From: Tubiluchus corallicola
Lineage: Eukaryota; Animalia; Priapulida
Direction: 5' to 3'
DNA length: 64,000 bases
Assembly: GCA_030141605.1 (NCBI GenBank)
Contig: JAQGDQ010000184.1
Coordinates: 124,001-188,000, forward strand
The notes under the pieces were generated by a model. It saw only the letters and a list, made by a program, of their open reading frames with translations. It was not told the origin of the DNA and did no database searches. Made by a program: the position numbers and the translations under genes. Below are positions 26,601 to 55,425 of this stretch, piece by piece. The stretch's first letter is position 1; every line of letters begins with the position of its first letter.

Positions 26601-27849
26601 CAACATAGTAGTTTTGTCTCTAATCTTTAATTTTTACTATGTTTTTAACAATTTTTTGTTGCTTTGCAGAGAGATGCATCTTTGCTTTTAGAGCTCAAAG
26701 CTGATATGAGAGACGAGTGCGCAAAATACGGAGAAGTAAAAAAAGTGGAAATTTGTGATGTAAGCCGATAGTAGTTAGTTTAATAATTCAAAACTATGAT
26801 GTGTATCTTATAAAATGGTGAAACATTCATTATAAAACTGTCGTAGATCTCATAGTACAGGTGTAGAACATTAAAATGTAGTTTAGTTTTGACTTTGAAA
26901 TTCCTAATTTTTAAGCCTAGAAGTTCAAGAAAAAAGAAACTTATAACTGTTTTTATAAAAGAAGTGGTAAATCTACAAGTTTTTATTATAGCAGTAGTAA
27001 TTTTATTAACACAATAAATGAATCATTAGAATGAATTTTACAAAGTAGCTCTCTAAAACGACCCGCGGACGAACCAAAGGGCACCTGTGATAATTATAAC
27101 TAATGAATAACTATATTTATAAAGACAATTACAAGTACAAGTTTAAAATCATATTCATGAGTACATTTATGCCTGAAAATAATGTTGTTACAGTTATCAA
27201 AAAAGTTTTTTAAATTGGTAAAATCAAAATCGTTGAATTTATTTTTTATTTCCTCCGTTCTATCACAGTCGCACATAACATGGTTTTCAGTCTACACACA
27301 GAAAACATTTACAATTTATTTTTTACATTTTTAATTGAGCCCAGAATATTGTTTGTCTTTTTACAGAGAAATGAGGACGGTGTCATTTTGGTCACCTTCA
27401 AATTAGCTGAAGAAGCTGATGTAGCCATAGCAGCACTCAATGGGCGGTGGTTTGCCAAAAGGCGTATCGTAGCTGCTCATTGGGACGGGAAGACAAAATA
27501 TCGAGTAGAAGAGACAGAGGAGGAGAAAGCAAAGCGATTAAAAGAATGGGAAGAATATCTCGCTAAAGGAGGTGACCCAAGCAGTCGTGATAATACTGTG
27601 GAAACAACACCAGAAGAGGCCCTTGGTGTTGCAAAAGAGCAGAGTAACATTGACTCAACTGTGGCTGATGGGGAATCAAACAAAGCCAACAAGAAGTCAA
27701 CAGAATCAGATTTATCGTCTATTGGTGATGATGAGGAAAATTCAACAGAAAAAGTTGGTGATGAAAATCTTCCAGGTATGCCTGACACGGGCGAACATTT
27801 ACCCTCTGCAACTGATACAGTCCAAACTGAGCAGTCAGACTGGAGTTGA
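17608..27849 (+). CDS. HTATSF1: HIV Tat-specific factor 1 homolog (Tat-SF1/CUS2/barc; U2 snRNP-associated RRM+UHM protein), 548 aa, 10 coding exons
   Basis: Exons 17608-17674, 19784-19866, 20543-20668, 21754-21847, 22232-22468, 23020-23222, 24108-24274, 25176-25272, 26670-26759, 27367-27849 total 1647 nt in frame. Motifs: MSDNEDFEEQLRLEEL; DGTTFEWDPAKKAYFPKIDQDFIANYQASYG; RRM NTNVYVSNLP...KGDGLCTYLK; LLDWRP; UHM LNGRWFAKRRIVAAHWDGKTKY; acidic tail. The first donor (A|GTACCT) is weak. Confidence 0.95.
17872..18168. mobile_element. MITE, Harbinger-like, in an HTATSF1 intron
   Basis: Terminal inverted repeats CGGTGCTTTCAGAC ... GTCTGAGTGCACCG, flanked by TTA and GTA. Confidence 0.6.
18308..18814. 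mobile_element. MITE, Tc1/mariner (pogo/Tigger-like)
   Basis: TA|CAGTCATACTTCGGTTTT ... AAAACCGAGGTATGACTG|TA: near-perfect TIRs with a TA target-site duplication, plus subterminal TCGACCA repeats. Confidence 0.85.
20215..20370 (-). mobile_element. Diverged SINE copy with 5S rRNA-like segment
   Basis: Minus strand AAGTTAAGCAGTGTGCAGAGGCTAGTCAGTACACGGATG resembles the 5S internal control region AAG(T/C)TAAGCA..GGGCC.GGTTAGTACTTGGATG. Confidence 0.5.
22641..22868. repeat. Minisatellite, 40-bp unit, about 5.7 copies
   Basis: Unit AATCACGATATCGGCCATTGTGGTACAGTGATAATGTATG starts at 22641, 22681, 22721, 22761, 22801 and 22841, with no unique spacers. Confidence 0.95.
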
Positions 27850-29749
27850 ATTTGTGAAATGTGATGTTTATTATTGTTTTTGTTGCTTGATGTTGTTTTT
27901 TTATTGTGTGAGCACCACAATGATGTAGGGTATTGCTGGATCAATGATCTCAAGATGTCGTGAAATGTTTGAGAAAGCTTTTCTGTCTCAAGCCTGAGTA
28001 CTAATGCGCTGTATCAATTTTCTTCAGTCATAAAGGGCATGTATTGGTTGCTATAATTGTGTAAATAATTTGAGACGAGAGTCATTTGGAATTTTGGGAT
28101 GACTTGCTGTGCTGTTAATTTTTCCAATCATTTTAAGTAATTTTTTAAATGCTTTGTAGAAGGTTAGCACAACTTTAAAGGGGAATGGAAGCACTTTCTA
28201 AAGTAGAGTTTAAATTAATTCCCTTGCAGTGTAGTTTAAATTTGCTTAAACTGCAAAGTTAAATTTAAGTTTGCTTAAATTTAGTAGTTTAAACTCTAAA
28301 GGTTCATTTTACCTGGAGAAACAGTTAAATTTTGTTAATTTTTGCTGTAGAAGGGCTTGCTTCACTACATCTTGATCTTCCGCTGTCACAGTTATAACAA
28401 ATAGTACTCTAGTGCAATTATATACAAATATATCCTAGCTGTTCCCCCCTATTTTTTAGTTTTGTAATGAACTTTTGCCTACTATTTTTTTAGTTTTGTT
28501 GTTGCACATATCAGATTAGATTGTTATATGATTGTTTCTTTCTGTATGTGTATGGAACTTTTCTGGGAAACAAAATTTGTAATGATATTCCTCAATTCCT
28601 CATGGGCTCCTCACTAAAAAGAAAATTAAGGAGTCTCAAAAGTCATTGATTTTTCTACATGTACTTGTTGTTCAGCAATTTAAGTCGTTGTTTAAATGCT
28701 ACTTTCTACCTATGTTACATTAATTCATTCTAGCATGTGCTGAGATGGGTGAGATATTTTGCAGAATGATTGTTTTCCAGTCATTAACCAAGTAGTTGTG
28801 TACCTTTAGTTTGTTCCATTTTAGCTGCATAACACGAGAAGGCCTATTGTTTAAGGATTTTAGATGTTTGAGGTCAATCTGAAGTTCGTGTTTTTCACAC
28901 AGATGACATGGGCGTATGTATGTAAAATCTTAAAAAAATTAATGTTATTTTTAAGGGTTTAGAATCAGCAATCAGTTACTACTTTCTCATTTAGTGTTAG
29001 TAGGCCCTATAGTGCGTTTATGTGATGACGTCAATTCATAATTCTACTCGACCGAAATCTGCAGAAAAGTATGAGGTTTTAATGGGTTGCTCAGGTATAA
29101 AAAGACTGAATTTTTGCTTGCTGAGAAGGAGCCTAACTGTTGATAACACCAACTAGAGATATGGGAAAGACTTTTTTCATGTCTGTGACATAAGCATTGC
29201 AAAGCAATTCCACGCTGTTTTCGTTGTGACTCACTTGTACCGATTACACTAGTCAAGTCACAATGTCGGTGCGCATTTCAAATCAATGTGGCAAAAAGCA
29301 GTATCTGTTAGACTGTTTTACGATGAGAAAATGGGAAATTCAGTCTCTTTTTTACACCTTAAGGAAGCCATAGATTCAACTTACTGTAGAAGCATTTAGA
29401 CCTTTACAAAATGCTTCCGTTCCCCTTTTAGGTGCAGTACTTTGTAAGTGTGAGAGTGATAATAATTTTTATTTTGGCGTTCAGGTTTTTTGTAAAGTTT
29501 TCCTTTGCGTTTTTGAACTTTTTAATATGTTGACTTTACATTACTTTCGGAAAAAACACTGTTATTGATAGGACTAAAGTTATTGATAAAAACGTCACTG
29601 GCGATCTTCTAATAATATGGAAAAATCGTTATCTGCATTTATCAAGAAAAGTATGTAGCTCTGTACTAAAGGATTATTTTATGATTCTATTTGTTGGACT
29701 TGTTCTTTCCTATTTATTATATCTGACAATATCACCAGTATATGTTTAC

Positions 29750-29755
29750 AATAAA
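29750..29755 (+). terminator. Candidate polyadenylation signal of HTATSF1
   Basis: Clear AATAAA about 1.9 kb after the stop, followed by a GT-rich tract. Alternative signals occur near 30125 and 30305. Confidence 0.35.
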
Positions 29756-30499
29756 AACATTAATCATATATAAGAGCTTGTGTTTCAAAGATGTATGTAC
29801 TGCACCATATAAAATGTCTGAGCTTTATAAAGATTAATATGCATGTTACATGCACGTTCCCTTACAGAGAAGTACTTATAGCTATCGTTTTACTTAACAA
29901 TACTTGATTAGAATGTCTAACTAGCAGAGGTTAATTTTATCGAAAAAATTTGTTTTCCCATTTACTGGTCCTCGACTAAGATCTGTTTTATGGCGCTGAT
30001 ATTTTAACCTGTATGTATCATTACTGTTCTAGTTGTGTACGAACTTTCTACTAAACGATTAAAAAGACGACAAGCTCCTCAAATGCTTGCATTACAACTG
30101 CCACTGACACTCGTTAATATCCAAAATAAAGCAATACCTTTGAGTAAACATACCTGATAAAGTTACTGAACGTGCAAAGATCTGTTCACTGTGGGTTTAA
30201 CAAATCGCGACTTCGGGAATTTTGGCAGGTACATAAATTTTTTGAAAATGAAATTTGCTGATCTGCTCTAATGGTTTCACTTGTAAGTTATTACGTAAGC
30301 AATGAATAAATGACATATTCATGTTTTCTTTGTTTGTAGTCATTTTGTTTTCATTTTTTCACTTGACTCTTTAATAATTACCTTTGATAATATACATCTT
30401 TACATTCCAGAGCTTTTGTTTTACTAAACAAATTGACAATACACTAGACTAGTACAGTACAATTCGCAATTTATAAATTTTTGCACTAAGATAGTAAAG

Positions 30500-31432
30500 C
30501 AAGCAAAATGGAGACAAAAAACAGAAGCTGTGTGAAACTTGGCCAGAAGAGGTCAAAGCTAGTATTGATCACGTAGAGTTGTAGACAGTATTATCAACAG
30601 ACCATTTAACACCCTGAAGTTGGAGAAACTGATTGTACACGTCAAACGGGTCTCAAAAATAAAAACTAGGAAAATTAGAAATGGATTGCAATGAAAACAC
30701 AAAGGGCTGTAATATCTTTTGTCGAAAAATGTGTCGAATTTTCAAATCCGATATTATAAGAAAAAGTAACGGAATTTTTTGAAAATTACCATATTGATGT
30801 AACATACGTTTTTTGTAATGGCTAAGAATTTTATGTTGCTCCCTTAGCTTTGTCCAAAGATGCAGAAGTTTTAAATCAGCACGGCAGAATAATAAATGCC
30901 GGAAAAATTTTGTCACTCTAGTTAAAATTTTTTGCAAGTGCTCCATGTGTCCACCATTTTCACTGCAAACTAGACGAAGCCATTTCTTCCAACATTTGAC
31001 AGTGTTCATCAAACGGCATTGTGAGGCCATAATGTACACTTTCTCTTTAAGGAATTCCAGAAACCGTAATATAGAGGATTAGGCCCATTTTTGGCAACAA
31101 ATCTTTGTCAAGTGCTTTGTTTTCTTTGGTGAAAACCACGACGTAAACTGGTTCATTCTTTTTTTGTTTTGCTGCCGTGTATTGGGAGAATTATACGTCA
31201 ACGTGGCTGTTTTTCAGCTAATGATTATAGCTGGCATTGTTCCGGCATTTAATTTTTAACACGCAAACGTTTTTAGTCATAACTTAGAAACCACTAAAAA
31301 GAACAAACTTGAAACTTTTACAACTAAAGATGATTGTATTGTGATATCGTGTAGTGAAATTTCAACGTTGTAGGGCCGTTGCTTCGAATATTACTGTAGT
31401 CTAACTTCAGCACATTTTTTCTGCGTCACCTG
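30500..31432. mobile_element. Probable decayed DNA transposon (Tc1/mariner-like right end)
   Basis: Right end ...CATAACTT...GAAATTTCAAC...TTTTTTCTGCGTCACCTG resembles Tc1-family termini. No matching left TIR and no intact transposase were found. Confidence 0.3.
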
Positions 31433-31979
31433 ATATAATAAAAGACAACTGTAAATGTCTGCTTCCTGACAAAAATTTGCTGGTATCCAATATTTCAGAT
31501 TTTTAAAAAACATTTTGTGCGGAGCAATGGCAGATCAAAACCTTGAGAGGAACAGTATTTTACTCTACTACATAATTAAACCAAGTGTCAGTGCCAAAAA
31601 TAACAAACCGTGTTGAATAAAATATATTTCAGGTCAGGTCAGGTTCTCTGGTTTAAAAGAATCATCATCAAACGTCCATAACGTTTTGCAGTACTGTACA
31701 TAGACAGTGTAGAATACTGGGGTCGGTATTCGCCATGTTGCCTTGTTCTCTACATGAAGAGAATGAAAAAATAATTTTTTATCGTCACAGTTGGGGCTAA
31801 GAGACGATAGATGAAAGAACGTTCTCTAGGGACCGATTTGATTAGGAAAAATATAATTTTTTTTAACAATAATAACGTAATATAGGAATATATAAAGTAT
31901 GTTGTAATAACAAGGCCTGTGCTATATTTTGTTAGTGGCGCATAGTGACTGACAAGCGAGTTCGAATCCAAGTAACAAA

Positions 31980-32192
31980 GTGATAGGTAAAAGAAGTCAC
32001 GGAAAAAGTCACTGGAAAAACGAAATAATCCTAACCCTGACCCTAACCCTAACTCTGACCCTAACCCTAACCCTAACTCTAACCCTAACCCTAACTTAGC
32101 CCAAATTAATTGTGATTTTTTTTCCTGCGAATTTTTCTAGCCAAAATTGTGACCTTTTCCGTGACTTTTTCTCAGACTTTATTCCCAGTCAC
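31980..32192. mobile_element. Small inverted-repeat element containing telomere-type (CCCTAA)n
   Basis: Left arm AAGAAGTCACGGAAAAAGTCAC and right arm GTGACCTTTTCCGTGACTTTTT are inverted. About 11 hexamers (CCCTAA/CCCTGA/CTCTAA) lie at 32030-32095. Confidence 0.75.
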
Positions 32193-34669
32193 CGTGAGAT
32201 CAAGTGAGATATGATTAAAATGTGCACAAGTTTATGTAGTTTCCAAGTCGTATTAGTAAGTTATTTATTTTAAATACATTATTTTGTTCTGTTTCCATTA
32301 ATCTTGATCGCATTGCACACGTAATGCTTACTACATATTCAGTACTCTTTGTAAAAAAAACTGGCTGGTTGGAGAGTGAAATTACTGACTGGCACTAGCA
32401 TATAAGCCTAGTAATGCAAGATCAATTTTCAGTAATGTCTTCGTATACGAAAACTTAGAGAAAAGTTGTTGGCCTTGTTCACATCATCACGAATTCATTA
32501 TACATATACTTATACAAGTACTTAAAGCGGGAATCAGAGGGATAAACCTCCTCCTTCATTACAGGACCAACAAGCAGGGGCTGTTTAGTAAAGTTTAAGC
32601 TGCTAATTTATTTACATTCGACATAATTCAAGCACACGAAAACAAGTACATGTTCCTTAAAGATAGGCTGATACAGCTATAAGAATGCCACTAGATTCAG
32701 TCTATTAGATTTTAGAAAATCTATTGATTGTCTTCTATAAAAGTTTTGCTTCTGTGTAATTATCATCCCATTCCTGCACGGTAATCCCCTCAAAGCCTAG
32801 CTAGCATGAATGACGGTAATTGATTTGGTTTTGAATGGATGAATGGGGCTCAAAAACATTTCGCTGAATTGGTTTTAGTAAGAGAATTGGGTACAGAACT
32901 TTATAAACAGAATTAATCTTTTCTACTGTATTTACATTTTGGTTATGGAAACTGTTTCCCCCTTTAGACCTCTTAGCTAACTGCCACACAAAAGATGGTT
33001 GAGATTTCTTGATTTTTTCGATTTGTAAATGAGAGTGAATTAGTGTTCAGATCACATTTAAAGAATATTTCTTCCTTTGTCCTTTGGGATAGGTCTAAGT
33101 ACGAATTATGACTTCTTTCATCACTTTTATGTAACTGTCTAATGTACCAGATTTGTAGTGTCTCGGACAGTATTAGCCTTGAAAATATTGGTAAGGGCAG
33201 CAAATAGTTTGCAGTCTTCGTGGCGGGCGCGTACCGTCTTCTCAGCCTTAAAAACTTTCAACGTAAGAATAAACGAAAAAAAAATTGACACAGATTATTC
33301 CTACTGGCCGCCAATTGTGTTGCAAAGATCATCTCCAAAACGCATAAATTAATTACCAGAACAAAGCACCGGCAACATTATTATATCAGAACTGATGCAT
33401 ATAATAGAAAGGCGTTTAGTTACGGCTCTCAGTTTGCCTTCACATTAAAGTCGAAACAACTGTCACCTAACTTGGCACAGGGATATCTCTGGCAAGTCGA
33501 AAACCCATTGCTTTTTTATTCAAAAGCTCATTTAATTGTCAGTATCTTCATTTGTTCGAGGGCCTGTACCTTTAGTTTCTGGTATTAGAAGGGATTCTTA
33601 TGCAGTAGCTCACATACACCTGTTGTTGCTTGTTTTGAACTTCTGATTCTACTAATTAGATACCTTGTTCTACTAAATATAGTTGGCGTGAGGAAAATTT
33701 TACTGTTCAATACATTTTTGCTGGGACAATTCGTTATCTTATTTTATTTAGTTTGAAAATATTTGCCTAAAGTAGTTTTTGTGTGCATAGTACTGGATGG
33801 CTGTTAGCGCTGTTAAAGTTGTTCGCATAAATATTAGACACGCACGCAACCAAGCAGCCATTCCAGGGTGACAAAAATCGTAACAATTTTTTATAAAAAA
33901 TGGCATTTTTATTTTCCGTATGAGTACATGACTTATGTACAGCAGTTTTGCGTAAGCTTACATGTTTACATGGTTAAAAACTGACGATTTTAGGCACACG
34001 TCACTGCATGCAAGCATGTACTTCGTTTTCCTTATGTCTGTGGACCAGTGGGTTCAGATAATCTAGTATAAAAAAGTTCATATTTTTGCTAAATGATAAC
34101 TGAGAAGTTACTCGTTGTGTAGCCAATCAATTTTATTATATTAAAACAAGTTAGCAATTATTGCCTACGAAACATCATTTCAACGACCGTGAAACGTGAT
34201 TAGGTTGTCTCAAACAATAAAGTATGTTGTTTAAGTTTGTTGAGAGAGCATGCACATTTGCCCAATCCAGAATGAAAATCCGGTCATCCAGTTCATTCAG
34301 GGATGAGATAAAGAGCATGAGAACGGTTGCATCATCTCATTCCCTGTTTGTTAAGCTAAACCAGTACATGTGTACAGGTTTTACCAATAATTATTGACAT
34401 TTGCCCCTAACTGCTCAAGTACATGTGATCTCCGCCCAGTGTTTGTTGAAACACAAAACTGCGCGTCCTTTGCGCGTGCTTTAGAGATCACACCAAATGA
34501 ATAAATGACACAAATAACGAAACAAATAAATAAACATAAGTACTCTTGCAAATAATACATACGGTGAAACTCACTAAATTTACATAAAATGCTAGCTCTA
34601 AAAAGTTAGACTAGAAAGCCTTTGGTACTTAATCAAATTTGAATTTCAGTATGAGTGGGCTAGCAAACA

Positions 34670-34966
34670 TACCGGTTCTCAAACATTTTGGCTTATGGCC
34701 CAGTCGGCGTCAAAGCTCACTGAGAACCGCATTTGGCTTTGGGCATGTTGCTCCCCCATCTAGTTTGCCAAGAACTAAATAGAGCATGGGAAACGAAAAT
34801 TCTAGTGAAATTAAGTTTTCTTGAAATAATTGTTTTTTATATCATTTTATATGCTACTCTTAATTAAAAAAACAAGACAGATATTCTTTTGTCAATTGTT
34901 GGTGTGATCCTCTTAGATAGTGCTTGATGGCCCCACTGGGCCTTAGCCCACTGGTTTTGAACCACT
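34670..34966. mobile_element. MITE, hAT (Charlie-like), degenerate
   Basis: Ends CCGGTTCTCAAAC ... GTTTTGAACCACT resemble CAGTGGTTCTCAAAC-type hAT termini. Inner inverted GGCCCAGT / ACTGGGCC. Target-site duplication not resolved. Confidence 0.5.
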
Positions 34967-35850
34967 AAGTAAAGCAAAATTGATGACTATTTTCTACGGT
35001 GCATATAGTATGACACTAATTTCGTTAAAGTTGGTACACCTGATACACACAAGTCCTGCACGATTCAGTTGTCAGCGTTAAAATATCACATTATTTTTCT
35101 GTACAAAATTCCAAAGGAATTTCACATAAAACGGCACAACTGCTTGCATTTATTTTGTACAGTGGAGCAAAACCTTTCGTTCTAACATAAATAATTTAAT
35201 TTACCACTGCAATGATAACAACACAATTCAATCCAAATATAGCAATACTTTCAAAAACTTTTAAAATCTCAACAAGTCAGTTCAGTAGTCTAATAACTGT
35301 ATCACAATTTTCTTTAATCAAAGCCACTATTTAGGTTCAACGTATTTATATATACATAATCATAACAGTTGCATTTTCATTAATATAACCACTATAATAA
35401 CTAATAATTCGTCTAAAAAGCACCATTACGATACATTTCGGTTACATTCGCTGAGCAAACCTATACGGCATATTTATGAAAATCTACAAACTCTCTATTT
35501 TAATAACTAAAGGTCGTCATTTGACTATGGCTACGACTAGAGCTGCAGTGCTGCAAACCAGTAAATTTGATAGCTACCTGATCCAGATTCTTTGAACACA
35601 GAGACGGCAAGCCATAATGAAGGGCTACTAGTTGACCTTGAAAATAAATGAATGACAGCAGGCTGCACTTTCACGAGAAAAGGAGGCGAAACAATTGGAA
35701 ACAATCAAATTTTATAATCTGAATGTTTCTATATCAAGATCGTCAATGTGAAAATTCTTTACTTGACACAATTGAAAAAGTGTGAAAATTAGAAAAAAGT
35801 CTGTGGGAAAGTCTGACGTCACACACTAGAATCAGCGACTAAGTAACCAA

Positions 35851-36400
35851 TACTGCACTGTGATAAATGAGAGATCACGTAAAACAGTATAATTAGGCTT
35901 ATGTGGATTCAGAGATAATCTTATTGTGGAGTGTACTGGGAATAATCAGAGATCATCTATAGTAATGCACTATGAAAAAATTCAGAAATCATTTGTAGTG
36001 TTGCACTGTGAATTAGCGATCATCTAGCGTACGCTGCATTTTCACTGCAAATGATCGGAAAATATCGCAAGGTAATTAATTTCAGATCACCTAACATAGC
36101 ACTGCAAAAAGAGATCACAATACGGTTGCGCTGCAAATTATTTATTGTTGCATTGCAAAGAATGAGAGATCGCTTAGCGGTGCACTGCAAACATGGAAAG
36201 GCTACCTAAATGCGCAATATGGGTAATCAGAGATCAACTAATGTTGCACTGCAAAGAATCAAAGATCATGGAAATGGTGCATTACAAAGAACGCAATGTA
36301 ATGCAAAAATGTGCTATAAGGAAGAAGGAATTATCTAATTCGATGGTCACCTGGGACTGCACCTCTGACCGTCTCATTTTGCACTAGAGATCATCTGATT
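35851..36400. repeat. Diverged tandem array, roughly 30-40 bp period, downstream of the HCN stop
   Basis: Recurring AGAGATCA-N(8-12)-TGCACTG(C/T)AAA-like units, roughly a dozen copies with variable linkers. Confidence 0.75.
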
Positions 36401-36524
36401 TGGTGGGCACCATGAAGACGTCGCATCACAAGGAATCTGCTACCATCAGGTTATTGCATTATTCTGCTGCCACATTATTGACAAACGTGATACTTTATTG
36501 CTGTACTATAAATTTTTTAATATA

Positions 36525-53333
<16,809 letters not shown>

Positions 53334-55339
53334 CTGAAATGTTAAATAACGTTTAATCGTAATTATGATAGCACCTTGTCACATATCACTCAGTACCTAT
53401 AGTGAGATTATCACACAAAGATGTCGTAGGAGAACATACTAACGCCTTTTGTCATACAATACAAACTTATTTAAAGTCGGTTTTACAACAATAAACATGT
53501 GCGAATTTTCACCGGAAATAAAATAAATGTATTAACGTGTCGGTAATAAAATTAATAGCACATAATAACTAATAATAATAGTATTAAAACTAATAACTAA
53601 TATTAAAATAAAATGAGAGATAATGGATGATTTGTACGAAAAAGTACAACGAGTAGGCAGCTTAGCTTTGAGCTCCTAATCACAAAAATGCCAAATAACT
53701 ATAAGGCAGTTGTATATCACACACATATATCACAAATAGGGCAGTAATTGAAATTGAATAGTATAAGTCTTTTGTATATTAATAAACGGGTTTTCGCATC
53801 GAGAAAGAGCGCGAAAGATCGCATTTAGTTCGCTTGCATTTTCGTTCGAATTCGATGCTCACCCCTAATTTGCAGTGTGTCTACAAAATAACGCCAATGT
53901 GTTCGTTAGACGATAAATTTTCGTCCAGGTGAATTCAAGTAATTTCACTGATTTACTGCCCTCAACGTTTGTGTCAATAGTGTGCGAATGTAATGGTGGC
54001 TGGGAGGCTTAGGACAAACATCCATACACTGAAACTTGCTAGAGTAGGATTCAAAGCCATTTGGGTGAAACCTGTTATTTAAATAATTTTCGAAGACAGC
54101 TGACGTCTCCTGTGGATTTGCACCTATTGCTGATAATGTATTGCTATCAACGTAGTTAAAAAGTATTTTCATCAAAGATGAAAAACAGGAAGTTGTTATA
54201 AAGCTAAATACTGCGACAAATGATTCATGAAAATAAATTTCTACGGTAGAAAATATCGTCCACAGATGTCAAAACAAACAAAACTAACTAACAAAACCTA
54301 ATGTTTTTCAAACATGCAGTGATTCTGGATCATATCATTGTATTTTGTAACTCACAAAACCGATGAATGTCTAAGGCACAGTGAACCAATAAATTCAAAG
54401 CAAAATTTTGGATTCTTTTGCTAGGAACTTGAAATTATTGAGTTATATAAAGCTCTTCTTCCTCATCTGATTACATGCATCGATCATTTGTGACAGGCCT
54501 CGAACAATACATAAACCGTCATCGATTCGGGTGGGAGGATGGTACTACACACGAGTCTTTATAGACAGTAGTCATGACATAAGAAACGTCACGTCTTAAA
54601 CTTCAGATCAGAAATATAAACTTTTTCTTGTGCATTGTTACAAAAGACAATCCTCATTCTTCTGGCTTTGCTTGGATCATCACCAAACGGCAATATCTCA
54701 ATGGCGAACGACGCTGTGGCAGCTATTTTAAGTGTAGTTTCGATGCGAAATTTTATTTAGATTTGTTACCAAATTATACTTGGATGAACGCGCACACATT
54801 AGCCCGACACTCCTTAGACGTAACAGACAGGTCAATCATCTAGTTACTTTCAAATCAAGATTAGTTTTAACTACTGTGGTTCTACAGCTTGCGTTCTGCA
54901 ATGCAAATTTTGATTAATGAATAATAATGATCAATATATAATTACACTCAATTATGCCTTTAATGAAGGGCAGTGAGACTGAGTCAAGTGCCACTGCTTA
55001 AAGTGAACGACTCTTGAAAGAAAATCTCTTGTAAACGTCAATCTTTCTCATTCTGACAGCCATCGGTGCGTTTTGTTTGAGTTCACCTCGTATAAATATT
55101 TGTGCTTCGATTAATTATCGATACATGGCGCAGTAATCGCGTCTACCAATAACACTGCGTATTGATCAGTTTGCTGTCTGCCAAAACGAATCGGATTTGA
55201 TGGAATATGAGCGTAAATGACGTTTTCGTCGTTTATTAGAATTAGGTGGAACAAGCTGTAAAAATAATTAAGCACTATGATACCCCAGTTGAATAATGAA
55301 CGACTTTTTGTCAGGCTTTTAAAAACAATTAACCGTCGG

Positions 55340-55425
55340 TGTAACGAACCAACTGGGGGACGGGAAGTCCGTTATAGCCGAGTTGTAACGAAATAACTGA
55401 GGGACGGGTAGTCCGTTATAACCGA
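55340..55425. repeat. Tandem duplication, about 43-bp unit, two copies
   Basis: TGTAACGAA..AACTG.GGGACGGG.AGTCCGTTATA.CCGAG occurs twice. Confidence 0.85.

Noticed and set aside
27477-27953. 158-aa antisense ORF and 118-aa alternate-frame ORF
   Set aside because: These are shadows of the last HTATSF1 exon with no recognisable motifs.
30653-31039. 128-aa minus-strand ORF
   Set aside because: It has a non-ATG start, no recognisable domain and no splice support, and lies in probable transposon remnant DNA.
35851-36400. Repeat/spacer appearance suggesting a CRISPR array or a miRNA precursor cluster
   Set aside because: The conserved words are only 7-10 nt with irregular spacing. No pre-miRNA hairpin or full-length bantam mature sequence is visible, so only the seed-match idea was kept.
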